Below are positions 10,828 through 21,004 of a DNA stretch of 64,000 nt, in pieces; the first letter of the stretch is position 1, and the number at the start of each line of letters is the position of its first letter. The translations under genes and the position numbers were made by a program. The stretch is from a virus: IMG/VR virus record IMGVR_UViG_3300021963_000057, positions 32,001 to 96,000 of that record, one strand, 5' to 3'. The notes under the pieces were generated by a model that was given only the letters and a program-made list of their open reading frames with translations, had not been told where the DNA came from and did not search any database.

Positions 10828-12090
10828 ATGGGAAAATTTAATCTGACAGACGCCGCTAAAGCAATTCTAACAGAAGGTGCAAAAGAAAATTTTGAAGCTT
10901 CTGTAAGCCGTGGCCACAAAGACGGTCCTTCAAAGTTGCCTACATCTGTTGCTTATGGCACTAAAGATGTTGGTGAAGTTGCAGGCGAAATCAAGAAGCA
11001 AGACGATGAGACTGGTGACTACACAAAAGGTACACCAACAGCAACACCTCCAGGTGCAACACCACCAGTTGGTTCACAACCTGCACAGAAGTTGTCTGGT
11101 CCTGCTGACTCACAAGGTTCTGAACACAAAGCTGTTCAAGCTGCAGCAACTGATTACAACGCAATTCGTGACCGTATCAAAGCTAAACTTGCTCCACAAA
11201 TGATGCAAGCAAATCCAGGTGCAACATTCCAATCTTATGCTGAAGAAGCAGAAGAAGAATCTGATGATGTTGTTGCTGAAGAAAAAGAAGGTCATGAAGA
11301 CTCAGCCGAAGACAAAAAAATGATTAAGGCCATGATGAAGAAACAAAAGATGAAAGAACAAATGGACCAAGACGTAGGTGCATTGCTTTCAGGTGAAGAC
11401 CTTTCAGAAGAATTCAAATCAAAAGCTACTACAATTTTCGAATCTGCCGTTGTTGCTCGTTCACAATCTATCATGGAAGAAGTTGAAGAAGCATTGTACG
11501 AAGAATTCGAAGTTGCTGTTGAAGCAGTTAAAGAAGATTTGGCTAAGAAGTTGGATGACTACATCAACTACATGGCTGAAGAATGGTTCAAAGAAAACCA
11601 ATTGGCAATCGAAAAAGGTCTACGTGCCGAAATCGTTGAAGATTTCATCCGTGGTCTAAAAGGTCTATTCGAAGAACACTATATTGACATTCCAGAAGAA
11701 AAAGTGGATGTTGTGGAAGAATTGACAACTAAGGTTGAAGAATTGGAATCTTCTATCAACGAAGAAATTTCACGTAACGTTGAAATGAAGAAACAAATTA
11801 ACGAGTTTAAAAAGAATGAGGCTATACATGCAGTATGTGAAGGCCTAACGCAGACACAAGTAGAGAAACTTAAATCACTCGCAGAGAGCGTTGAGTTTAC
11901 TACTGAAGAAGAATTTGGTCGCAAACTAGAAACATTGGTAGATTCATACTTCCAACAATCAGTTAAAGCACCAGTTAGTTCTGCCCTGAACGAAGCTGTT
12001 GAAGTTGAGGACGAAAAAGCACCATCGGCTGCTGTTGATCCTGCAATTGCACAGTACGCACAAATCATCTCTAAATCATTGGTTAAATAA
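10828..12090 (+). CDS. gp22: prohead core scaffold protein
   Basis: acidic coiled coil, LSEEFKSKATTIFE; precedes major capsid gene. Confidence 0.9.
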   Translation: MGKFNLTDAAKAILTEGAKENFEASVSRGHKDGPSKLPTSVAYGTKDVGEVAGEIKKQDDETGDYTKGTPTATPPGATPPVGSQPAQKLSGPADSQGSEHKAVQAAATDYNAIRDRIKAKLAPQMMQANPGATFQSYAEEAEEESDDVVAEEKEGHEDSAEDKKMIKAMMKKQKMKEQMDQDVGALLSGEDLSEEFKSKATTIFESAVVARSQSIMEEVEEALYEEFEVAVEAVKEDLAKKLDDYINYMAEEWFKENQLAIEKGLRAEIVEDFIRGLKGLFEEHYIDIPEEKVDVVEELTTKVEELESSINEEISRNVEMKKQINEFKKNEAIHAVCEGLTQTQVEKLKSLAESVEFTTEEEFGRKLETLVDSYFQQSVKAPVSSALNEAVEVEDEKAPSAAVDPAIAQYAQIISKSLVK

Positions 12091-12130
12091 ATAAAATTTA
12101 CCAACAAAAGATACTTACAAGGAGACACTC

Positions 12131-13477
12131 ATGTATCTAACAGAAGAACTACAAAAGAAATGGGCACCAGTGCTTGAGCACGAAGGCCTAGAGTCTATCA
12201 AAGACCCATACAAGAAAGCTGTTACAGCACTTGTTTTGGAAAACCAACAACGTGAAATGGCTGCTGCTGCACAACAGTTGAATGAAACTGCTGTTTCTGC
12301 TGCACCAACAAACGTTACAGGTTCTGGCATTTCTAACTACGATCCAATCTTGATTAGCTTGGTTCGCCGTGCATTGCCTAACTTGATTGCTTATGACGTT
12401 GCTGGCGTTCAGCCAATGACAGGACCTACAGGTCTTATCTTCGCAATGCGTGCTCGTTACGACACACAATCAGGTGGTCCATCAAATACAAACGAAGCAT
12501 TCTTCAACGAAGCAAATACAGAATTCTCTGGTGCATTGTCTACATCTAACCCATACGGTTTTCGTGGTAACAACGCAACTGACATCCGTACAAGCCCTGT
12601 TCAAGACTTGACTGCTAACCACTATACAACTGGTATCGCAATGACTACAGCAACTGCTGAAGCTTTGGGTGCTGATACAGATAGTCCTTTCAAACAAATG
12701 GCATTCTCAATTGAGAAAGTTACTGTTACTGCACAATCACGTGCTTTGAAGGCTGAATACTCTCTAGAACTTGCACAAGACTTGAAGGCAATTCATGGCT
12801 TGGACGCAGAAACAGAGTTGTCAAACATCCTTTCTACAGAAATTTTGTCTGAAATCAACCGTGAAGTTATCCGTACAATCTATACAACTGCTGTTGCAGG
12901 TGCTCAATATGGTACCACAACTGCTGGTGCATTTGACTTGGACACAGACTCTAACGGTCGTTGGTCAGTTGAACGTTTCAAAGGTTTGATTTTCCAAATC
13001 GAACGTGATGCTAACGTTATTGCAAAACAAACTCGTAGAGGTAAAGGTAACGTGATGATTGTATCATCTGACGTTGCTTCCGCTATGGCTATGGCTGGTG
13101 TTCTACAGTACACTCCTGCATTGTCTGCTGACTTGCAAGTTGATGACACTGGTAACACATTTGCTGGTATGTTGCACGGTCGTATCAAGGTCTACATCGA
13201 CCCATACTTCGGTGGTTACACATCTAACCAAGAATTGGTTACAATCGGTTATAAGGGTTCTTCTCCTTATGACGCTGGTCTATTCTACTGCCCATACGTT
13301 CCTCTACAAATGGTTCGTGCAGTTGACCAGTACACATTCCAACCAAAGATTGGTTTCAAGACTCGTTACGGCATGGTTGCAAACCCATTCGCAAACGGTC
13401 TTGCATCTGGCAACGGTGCATTGAACCCACGTACAAACGTGTACTACCGTATCTTCCAAGTTAAAAACTTGATGTAA
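12131..13477 (+). CDS. gp23: major capsid protein
   Basis: GVQPMTGPTGLIFAMR, ELAQDLKAIHGLDAE, FQPKIGFKTRYG. Confidence 0.98.
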   Translation: MYLTEELQKKWAPVLEHEGLESIKDPYKKAVTALVLENQQREMAAAAQQLNETAVSAAPTNVTGSGISNYDPILISLVRRALPNLIAYDVAGVQPMTGPTGLIFAMRARYDTQSGGPSNTNEAFFNEANTEFSGALSTSNPYGFRGNNATDIRTSPVQDLTANHYTTGIAMTTATAEALGADTDSPFKQMAFSIEKVTVTAQSRALKAEYSLELAQDLKAIHGLDAETELSNILSTEILSEINREVIRTIYTTAVAGAQYGTTTAGAFDLDTDSNGRWSVERFKGLIFQIERDANVIAKQTRRGKGNVMIVSSDVASAMAMAGVLQYTPALSADLQVDDTGNTFAGMLHGRIKVYIDPYFGGYTSNQELVTIGYKGSSPYDAGLFYCPYVPLQMVRAVDQYTFQPKIGFKTRYGMVANPFANGLASGNGALNPRTNVYYRIFQVKNLM

Positions 13478-13506
13478 GATAAAAAGTCACCGCAGAGTGA
13501 TATTTT

Positions 13507-13534
13507 AAGACCACCTTCGGGTGGTCTTTTTTTT
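13507..13534 (+). terminator. intrinsic terminator after gp23
   Basis: AAGACCACC-TTCG-GGTGGTCTT then T-run. Confidence 0.9.
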
Positions 13535-13563
13535 GGCTCCTAAATACTGATAGAGGAGATAAA

Positions 13564-14076
13564 ATGACAGCACTAAACAGAAGTCCTGAAAATACAAACC
13601 TATTACAACCAACAAAGTTTTTGTTGACATTTGACAGAATTAGAACCACACAATATTTCTGCCAAACAGTTAATCTTCCTGGTGTAAGTTTGGGTGAAGT
13701 AAGTAGGGCAACACCATTCTTGGATATGTTTTCACCTGGCACTAAACTAACATACGATCCATTGGTCGTAGAGTTTATATTGGATGAAGAATTGCAAGGA
13801 TGGAAAAATTTGTATGATTGGTTCTTGTCTATGGCTGATCCAAATGGTTTTGAAAAACGTGACGGTAGTAGAGAACTACAAATGAATAAACATTTTTCGG
13901 ATGCTACTTTAACTGTGTTGAGTGGATTAAATAATCCTTTGTTGAGAATACAATATGTTAACGTATTTCCATTGAGTATTGGAGATATTAGATTTGATAC
14001 CACACAATCTGCGGATACAATATTGACCGCAACGGCAACATTTAGATATCAATCATATACATACTTGACAGTTTAA
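13564..14076 (+). CDS. gp3: tail completion/tube terminator protein (gp3-like)
   Basis: YFCQTVNLPG, YDPL.VEFILDE; synteny. Confidence 0.8.
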   Translation: MTALNRSPENTNLLQPTKFLLTFDRIRTTQYFCQTVNLPGVSLGEVSRATPFLDMFSPGTKLTYDPLVVEFILDEELQGWKNLYDWFLSMADPNGFEKRDGSRELQMNKHFSDATLTVLSGLNNPLLRIQYVNVFPLSIGDIRFDTTQSADTILTATATFRYQSYTYLTV

Positions 14077-14160
14077 TCATTTTGTGTTATAATGTTTTGA
14101 ATAGATAGAATGACATTAAGTTGTTGATTCTAAAGAATAATTTGATATATTTGAATAGAT

Positions 14161-14595
14161 ATGGAAACACTTGAACAAGTTTTAAAAATGTGGGAATCGG
14201 ATGCGGTTATAGACCAAACCGAGCCATCTAAAGAACTACTAAACATTCCCAAATATCATAGTAAGTATCTTGGCATTCTTACTAAACATAAAATTGCATC
14301 AAAGAAAGCACACTTTGATTATCTACGTATGCGTAAAGTAAAATGGGAATACTTTACTGGCAAAATGTCCGAAGAAGAATTGGAACAATACGGTTGGGAA
14401 CCATTCCAGTTTGCACTCAAATCGGATATCAATACTTACCTAGAAGCAGACAAAGACCTTATCAAGTTGCTTGAGAAGAAGGTCTACCACGAAGAAGTTA
14501 TTTCTGTAATCGAATCCGTGTTAGCAGAACTTAAACAAAGAACGTGGCAGTTAAGAGATTTTATTTCTTGGGAGAAATTCGTTGCCGGACAATAA
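14161..14595 (+). CDS. uvsY: recombination mediator UvsY
   Basis: IPKYHSKY, YFTGK, YLEAD.DL. Confidence 0.85.
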   Translation: METLEQVLKMWESDAVIDQTEPSKELLNIPKYHSKYLGILTKHKIASKKAHFDYLRMRKVKWEYFTGKMSEEELEQYGWEPFQFALKSDINTYLEADKDLIKLLEKKVYHEEVISVIESVLAELKQRTWQLRDFISWEKFVAGQ

Positions 14596-14752
14596 TATAC
14601 TATCAATTTCAATTGATACATTAAACCTTTTTTCTTTTATGGTTGGCATGTTTTTTGCTGCAACCATGTGGAGAACTAGGGCTTTATATTATGTCGTTTT
14701 TTATTTTGTGTGTTTGGCATTATATTACGGTTTGAGATATCATTATGGTTGA
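14582..14752 (+). CDS. small hydrophobic membrane protein (TTG start, 56 aa; not in ORF track)
   Basis: GGAG SD, fills uvsY-uvsW gap, two hydrophobic stretches. Confidence 0.4.
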   Translation: MPDNNILSISIDTLNLFSFMVGMFFAATMWRTRALYYVVFYFVCLALYYGLRYHYG

Positions 14753-16232
14753 ACACATTACAATAACAAAAGTAAATGAGGTGTACGGCAAAGTGGTCTG
14801 TGAACGCCACGTTGCAAGGGAACTGTCAGAATACTTCACGTTCTTTGTACCTGGTTATCAGTTCGTTCCAGCCTATCGGAATCGCATTTGGGATGGTAAG
14901 ATTCGTCTATTCAATCTACAGACCAGTCAACTATATCTTGGATTGATTCCATATCTTACAGAGTTTTGTGATGAACGTGAGTATGCATACTCGCATGACC
15001 TGATTGAAGATGAATATTCTGTGTATCATGCACACAAGTTCTTTGATACTTTGAATCTACATTCAAATGGTAAACCAATCGGTGTCAGAGAACATCAACA
15101 AAATGCGTTTATTGAAGCAATACAGAAACGTAGAACCTTATTGTTGTCACCAACCGCATCAGGCAAATCACTTATCATATACTTGTTGTTTAGACAATTA
15201 TTGGATTATCAAGACCTGAAAGGTTTAATTATTGTACCGACAACATCATTGGTAGAACAGTTGTACACAGACTTCCAAGATTATTCAAGTGAAAATGGTT
15301 TTGATGTTGAAGATAATGTACACAGAATCTACCAAGGTAAAGATAAAGTAACTGATAAAAAACTTACAATATCCACTTGGCAATCATTGTACAAACTTCC
15401 ACCAGAGTATTTTCAACAGTTCGATTATGTGATTGGTGATGAGGCACACCTATTCAAGGCACAGTCTTTAACATCTATACTGACAGCCTGTGTTAATGCC
15501 AAATACCGAGTTGGTCTTACTGGAACTTTGGACGGAACCAAAACACACAAACTGGTATTAGAAGGTTTATTTGGCCCAACTAAAAAGGTTATCACCACCA
15601 AAGAGTTGATTGATAAGAAACAATTATCTCCATTTAATATCAAGTGTTTGGTGTTGAAACATTCTGATGAGATTTGTCAAGAAATGAAAGACAAGTCTTA
15701 TCCAGATGAATTGAAATTTTTAATTGAATCTGAAAATCGAAATCGTTTTATTCGTAACTTAGCCGTAAGTTTGAACAAGAACACGTTGGTGTTGTTTCAA
15801 ATGAAGAAGCATGGTAAGTTACTTTACGAAATGATTAAAGAAAAGGCAATTGGCCGAAATGTATTCTTTGTTGACGGTGACGTTGAAACGGATGTCAGAG
15901 AAGAAATACGCAGACTCATGGAGATATCCGAAAACGCCATCTTTGTGGCATCGTTTGGTACAACAAGTACCGGTATCAACATCAAAAACTTACACAATAT
16001 CATATTCACATCGCCGTCAAAATCGAGAGTTAGAAATTTACAATCTATTGGCCGTGGATTAAGGCAATCTGATAACAAAGAGATTGCAACACTTTATGAT
16101 ATTGCAGACGACTTAAGAATCAAAAAACACACAAACTTTACTTTACAACACTTCGTTGAAAGAGTGAAGATATATAATGAAGAACAGTTCTCTTTTAAGA
16201 TTTACAATATAGGACTAAAAAATGGCAGTTAA
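14745..16232 (+). CDS. uvsW: SF2 DNA helicase UvsW
   Basis: SPTASGKS, DEAH, QSIGRGLR. Confidence 0.95.
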   Translation: MVEHITITKVNEVYGKVVCERHVARELSEYFTFFVPGYQFVPAYRNRIWDGKIRLFNLQTSQLYLGLIPYLTEFCDEREYAYSHDLIEDEYSVYHAHKFFDTLNLHSNGKPIGVREHQQNAFIEAIQKRRTLLLSPTASGKSLIIYLLFRQLLDYQDLKGLIIVPTTSLVEQLYTDFQDYSSENGFDVEDNVHRIYQGKDKVTDKKLTISTWQSLYKLPPEYFQQFDYVIGDEAHLFKAQSLTSILTACVNAKYRVGLTGTLDGTKTHKLVLEGLFGPTKKVITTKELIDKKQLSPFNIKCLVLKHSDEICQEMKDKSYPDELKFLIESENRNRFIRNLAVSLNKNTLVLFQMKKHGKLLYEMIKEKAIGRNVFFVDGDVETDVREEIRRLMEISENAIFVASFGTTSTGINIKNLHNIIFTSPSKSRVRNLQSIGRGLRQSDNKEIATLYDIADDLRIKKHTNFTLQHFVERVKIYNEEQFSFKIYNIGLKNGS

Positions 16233-16572
16233 AATTTTACGTTTAAAAGATGGTCTGGATATAATCTGTGACTGCATTTTTGAAAAAGATAACAAAGTGG
16301 TGATTGACAATCCCATGTTGTTTGAACTCAGAGGCATGAATCTGGTATTGCAATACTGGTTACCAATGGCCGTAATGAAAGGTGAATCTGTTGAGATGAG
16401 AATGGATAACATTCTCTGCACGATGGATCCAACCGATGATTTTGAAGAATACTATTCAATGTCTGTTATTAGATTGAAAGACTCTGAGAGAAAAGAAAGA
16501 GAAGTGGATCTCAACGATGAGATACTAGCAGCTTTCGAAGAAAAGGAAATTGGTAAATCCTTAATACATTAA
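16222..16572 (+). CDS. conserved T4-like protein, possible Sm-like fold
   Basis: KILRLKDGLDII start resembles 41847..42158. Confidence 0.5.
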   Translation: MAVKILRLKDGLDIICDCIFEKDNKVVIDNPMLFELRGMNLVLQYWLPMAVMKGESVEMRMDNILCTMDPTDDFEEYYSMSVIRLKDSERKEREVDLNDEILAAFEEKEIGKSLIH

Positions 16573-16644
16573 TATCATAGGGGGACACCGTGGACTATAT
16601 CACATGTCAAGCCCTTTGTCAACAACTTTTTATGGTACATTTGA

Positions 16645-17190
16645 ATGAGTAAACAGAAACATTATATAAACAATGCAGACTTCCTAAAGGCACTTGTCGA
16701 TTACAAGACCAGATGCGTAGAGGCCGAACAGGCTGGCAAACCAAAACCAAACATTCCCAATTACATTGGTGAATGCTTTATGAAAATTGCCGAAGGTCTA
16801 TCACACAAACCAAACTTCATCAACTACACTTACCGTGACGAAATGATTTCCGATGGTATTGAAAACTGCTTGATGTACTTTGAGAACTTTGACCCGTCTA
16901 AGTCTAACAATCCATTTGCCTATTTTACACAAGTTATCTACTTTGCATTCCTACGTAGAATACAAAAAGAAAAGAAACAACTATACGTCAAGTACAAGGC
17001 CACAGAGATGTATGGTATTCTGGATGAATTTGAAATGTTAGAATCGGAAGATGGTAGTACCAAACAATTCGAACTATATGAAAATATTGCAGAGTTCATT
17101 GAAACATATGAAGATGCCAGAAAAACTAAGAAGGCTGGCAAAGACGCTGCAAAGAAACCAAAAGGGCTTGAAAAATTTATTGAGGAGTGA
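16645..17190 (+). CDS. gp55: late-transcription sigma factor
   Basis: HYINN.DF, YTYRDEMISDGIENC, NPFAYFTQ. Confidence 0.95.
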   Translation: MSKQKHYINNADFLKALVDYKTRCVEAEQAGKPKPNIPNYIGECFMKIAEGLSHKPNFINYTYRDEMISDGIENCLMYFENFDPSKSNNPFAYFTQVIYFAFLRRIQKEKKQLYVKYKATEMYGILDEFEMLESEDGSTKQFELYENIAEFIETYEDARKTKKAGKDAAKKPKGLEKFIEE

Positions 17191-17194
17191 TATA

Positions 17195-17635
17195 ATGAAA
17201 GTTGGATTTACTTGTTCCACTTTTGATTTGTTTCATGCTGGGCATATTATAATGCTCAAGGAAGCCAAACAACAGTGTGATTATCTTATAGTTGGATTAC
17301 AAACTGACCCCACTATTGATAGACCAAAAGAAAAGAACAGACCGGTTCAAAGCATTTTTGAAAGGTATGTACAACTACAGGCCTGCAAATATGTGGATGA
17401 AATTGTGGTTTATGCCACGGAAAAAGACCTGTTGGATATATTGCTTTCTTTTCCAATTAATGTTAGAATCTTAGGTGATGAGTATGAAAGCAAAACCTTT
17501 ACTGGTAGACAAGAGTGTATGAATAAAGGTATAAAATTTTACTTTAATAAACGTGAACACACCTTCTCAACAACAGAGTTGAGGCAAAGAGTTGTGGATG
17601 CGGAAGCAGAAAAGTTGATGAAAAATATAGTATGA
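17195..17635 (+). CDS. cytidylyltransferase (TagD-like)
   Basis: FDLFHAGH (HxGH) and FSTTELR; start moved to ATG after GAGGAG. Confidence 0.85.
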   Translation: MKVGFTCSTFDLFHAGHIIMLKEAKQQCDYLIVGLQTDPTIDRPKEKNRPVQSIFERYVQLQACKYVDEIVVYATEKDLLDILLSFPINVRILGDEYESKTFTGRQECMNKGIKFYFNKREHTFSTTELRQRVVDAEAEKLMKNIV

Positions 17636-18699
17636 AAGTTGCGATAATTACCGACCAACATTTTGGTGCCAGAAACGATTCAACATTGTTTTTGGATTTC
17701 TTTGAGAAGTTTTATAAAGAGACTTTCTTTCCGGCCTTGGTAAAAGAAAAAATTGATACCGTACTTATTCTTGGTGATACGTTTGACCGTAGAAAGTATG
17801 TTAACTTCTTCTCATTGAAACGTGCCAAACAAATGTTCTTTGACCCGTTGTTTGACTTGGGCATTCAAGTGCATATGTTGGCCGGTAACCACGACACATA
17901 CTTTAAAAATACCAACGATGTTAATTCTGCCGACTTGTTGTTAGGTGAATACGGTATTACACTAAATGTTATTGACCATCCAACCGAAATATATGTTGGA
18001 CCACATAAGATTTGTATGATGCCTTGGATTTGTCCCGAGAATTATGAAGATTCTTTAGAGACATTGAAAGAGACCGATGCAAAGTTTTGTATGGGTCATT
18101 TTGAAATTGCAGGCTTTGCCATGTATCGTGGTATGCCATCTGAAGGAGGGTTAGACCGTGGTATTTTTAGGAAGTTTAGTCACACTTTTAGTGGTCATTA
18201 CCATCACAAATCTTCTAGTGATGATATCTACTATTTGGGCAATCCATACGAACTTACTTGGCAGGATTATAATGACCCTCGGGGTTTTCATTTGTTTGAC
18301 TTGGATACTCACCAACTTGAATTCATAGAAAATCCAAATAAAATGTTCCATCGTATTATTTACGATGACAAAGAACAATCTATCAAAGAGATTGACGGTA
18401 AAGATTTAAAACCATACACAAACACATATGTTAAAGTGGTTGTAATTAATAAAAACAACCCGTATTTGTTTGACAAATTCATGAATAACCTGTATAATGT
18501 AAACCCTGCTGATATTACTATTGCAGAAGATTTTACAGAATTAGAAGATGGTGATGAAGCGATTGATGAAGCCGAAGACACACTCACCATATTAAACAAG
18601 TATGTTGATGGTATTACGGAAGAAAGTATTGACAACGACAAGTTGAAAACATTATTGAAAGAACTCTACGTAGAGGCATTGAATACTGAACAAGCATGA
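17632..18699 (+). CDS. gp47: recombination nuclease subunit (Mre11-like)
   Basis: TDQHFG, GNHD, SGHYH. Confidence 0.95.
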   Translation: MKVAIITDQHFGARNDSTLFLDFFEKFYKETFFPALVKEKIDTVLILGDTFDRRKYVNFFSLKRAKQMFFDPLFDLGIQVHMLAGNHDTYFKNTNDVNSADLLLGEYGITLNVIDHPTEIYVGPHKICMMPWICPENYEDSLETLKETDAKFCMGHFEIAGFAMYRGMPSEGGLDRGIFRKFSHTFSGHYHHKSSSDDIYYLGNPYELTWQDYNDPRGFHLFDLDTHQLEFIENPNKMFHRIIYDDKEQSIKEIDGKDLKPYTNTYVKVVVINKNNPYLFDKFMNNLYNVNPADITIAEDFTELEDGDEAIDEAEDTLTILNKYVDGITEESIDNDKLKTLLKELYVEALNTEQA

Positions 18700-20414
18700 T
18701 TTTATTCCAAAAGATTAAGTGGAAGAATTTTCTATCCACTGGAGCACACTTTACTGAAATTGATTTTACCAAGTCCAATAACACATTGATTATTGGTCAC
18801 AATGGCGCAGGCAAGTCCACAATTTTGGATGCATTATGTTTTGGATTGTTTGGTAAACCTTTTCGTAAGATTAACAAGCCACAATTACTCAACTCTGTCA
18901 ACGGCAAAGAAGCCGTTGTAGAAGTTCATTTCAATATTGGACAAAAAAGATACAAAGTAATTCGTGGTATTAAACCAAATGTATTTGAAATTTATCTGAA
19001 TGATGTATTGCTGAACCAAGATGCAGCTGCAAAAGACTATCAAGAGATACTAGAGAATAATATTCTCAAACTAAATTACAAGTCCTTTACGCAGGTTGTC
19101 ATTCTTGGTTCAGCATCATTTGTTCCGTTCATGCAGTTATCGGCATCTGACCGTAGAGCAATCATTGAAGACCTACTAGACATTCAAATTTTTTCCTCAA
19201 TGAACAATGTTATCAAGGAGAAGAACTCGGCCATCAAAGAAGAATTGAATAAAACCAAGTATGCAATTTCTCTTACCGAAGAAAAGATAACTCTACAAAA
19301 ACAAAACATCGAAGAACATAAAAAGAACCATGATGCAGAAATTAAACGCAAACAGGAAGAAATAGAAAAATCAAAAACTCAAATGAGTACATTGCAAAGT
19401 GATATTCAGTTGATTAATAAACATATTGCGGTATTACAGAATAGGGTTGGTGATAAGAAAGAGAAGCTGGATAAAAAATCCAAGAGTCTATTTCAAATCA
19501 AAGGTAAAGTGCAAACTAATATTGACCGAAACCAAAAGGAGATTGACTTCTATGAAAACAACCACGATTGTCCAACTTGCAAACAGTCTATCACACCTGA
19601 GTGGAAAGATTCTCAAGTACAAGAAAAGTCAGAGAAAATCACTACACAAAAAACTGGATTGGTTGAGATTGAACAGGAACTAACCAAAGTAACTGCCGAA
19701 ATCAAATTAATAACAGATATACTTTCGCATATCAGTGAACATAATGGTGAAGTTATTAAACATACTTCTACCATATCAGCAATAAACAACTACATCACCA
19801 AGTTGAATACTGAGATTGATGAGTTGACTAAGAAACAAACCAACACAGAAGGTAGTGACCAAAAGTTAACTGAATTGAATACTGCACTGGAAGAACACCG
19901 TAAAGCTTATGAAGTGAGTTTGACCGAAAAACATTACCATGAATTTGCAGGTACTTTGTTGAAAGATGGCGGCATTAAGACACGTATCATTAAACAATAT
20001 TTGCCAATTATGAATAAGTTGATTAACAAGTACCTGAAAGCCATGGACTTCTTTGTCAACTTTAACATCAACGAAAACTTTGAAGAAACAATTAAGAGTA
20101 GACACCGTGATGACTTCTCTTATGCCAATTTTTCGGAAGGTGAAAAAATGCGTATTGATTTGGCACTATTGTTTACTTGGCGACAGATTGCCAAACTAAA
20201 GAATAGTACGAATACAAATTTGTTGATACTTGATGAAGTGTTTGATTCTAGCCTTGATACCGTAGGTACTGAAGAATTTCTGAAGTTGATACAAGAAATG
20301 GGTGCAGATACGAACGTGTTTGTTATCTCACATAAAGGCGACCAACTGTTCGATAAGTTCCGTTCGGTTATTAAATTTGAAAAGAAAAATAATTTTTCAA
20401 GGATTGCAAAATGA
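18696..20414 (+). CDS. gp46: recombination ATPase subunit (Rad50-like)
   Basis: GHNGAGKST, CPTC hook, FSEGEK, LDEVFD. Confidence 0.95.
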   Translation: MILFQKIKWKNFLSTGAHFTEIDFTKSNNTLIIGHNGAGKSTILDALCFGLFGKPFRKINKPQLLNSVNGKEAVVEVHFNIGQKRYKVIRGIKPNVFEIYLNDVLLNQDAAAKDYQEILENNILKLNYKSFTQVVILGSASFVPFMQLSASDRRAIIEDLLDIQIFSSMNNVIKEKNSAIKEELNKTKYAISLTEEKITLQKQNIEEHKKNHDAEIKRKQEEIEKSKTQMSTLQSDIQLINKHIAVLQNRVGDKKEKLDKKSKSLFQIKGKVQTNIDRNQKEIDFYENNHDCPTCKQSITPEWKDSQVQEKSEKITTQKTGLVEIEQELTKVTAEIKLITDILSHISEHNGEVIKHTSTISAINNYITKLNTEIDELTKKQTNTEGSDQKLTELNTALEEHRKAYEVSLTEKHYHEFAGTLLKDGGIKTRIIKQYLPIMNKLINKYLKAMDFFVNFNINENFEETIKSRHRDDFSYANFSEGEKMRIDLALLFTWRQIAKLKNSTNTNLLILDEVFDSSLDTVGTEEFLKLIQEMGADTNVFVISHKGDQLFDKFRSVIKFEKKNNFSRIAK

Positions 20415-21004
20415 ATACAGAAGATATTGTCTTATATAACACAGAAGAAACGATTAAGGTTGCACCGACAGCCGAAAAGGTTGAAACGTTTGACTTGGTA
20501 CCGCCAGACCATCCAGCACTTTACAAAGTCCTACCAGAGTTTGATTTTGAAAATGCACCAATCAATCCAAATAGTTTTGCATCTACATTGGTGGAGACTT
20601 GTAGAAAACATCATGGTATTGGTCTATCTGCAAATCAATGTGGTTTTGAATACCGTGTTTTTGTTATGGGTGCCGGTGAAGAATATGTGGCATATTTCAA
20701 TCCAAAAATCATTTCATCAAGTGGCGAAAAACACATGGAAGAAGGATGCCTTTCATTTCCTTTCTTAAATCTCCACATTACCAGACCAGAAACTGTAGAG
20801 GTTGAATACCAGGATTTCACAGGTGAGAAACGTACCAAAACTTTTAATGGCATATCTGCAAGATGTTTTCTTCATGAGCTTGACCACATGAACGGGATAG
20901 TGTATACTAGTCGTGTAAAACCACTTGCGTTACAATTTGGTTTGAAAAAGTTGGATAAAATTAGACGCAAGTACTTTAACCCTAAGAAAACCAAAAGAAC
21001 TTAA
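20411..21004 (+). CDS. def: peptide deformylase
   Basis: GIGLSANQ, EGCLS, HELDH. Confidence 0.93.
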   Translation: MNTEDIVLYNTEETIKVAPTAEKVETFDLVPPDHPALYKVLPEFDFENAPINPNSFASTLVETCRKHHGIGLSANQCGFEYRVFVMGAGEEYVAYFNPKIISSSGEKHMEEGCLSFPFLNLHITRPETVEVEYQDFTGEKRTKTFNGISARCFLHELDHMNGIVYTSRVKPLALQFGLKKLDKIRRKYFNPKKTKRT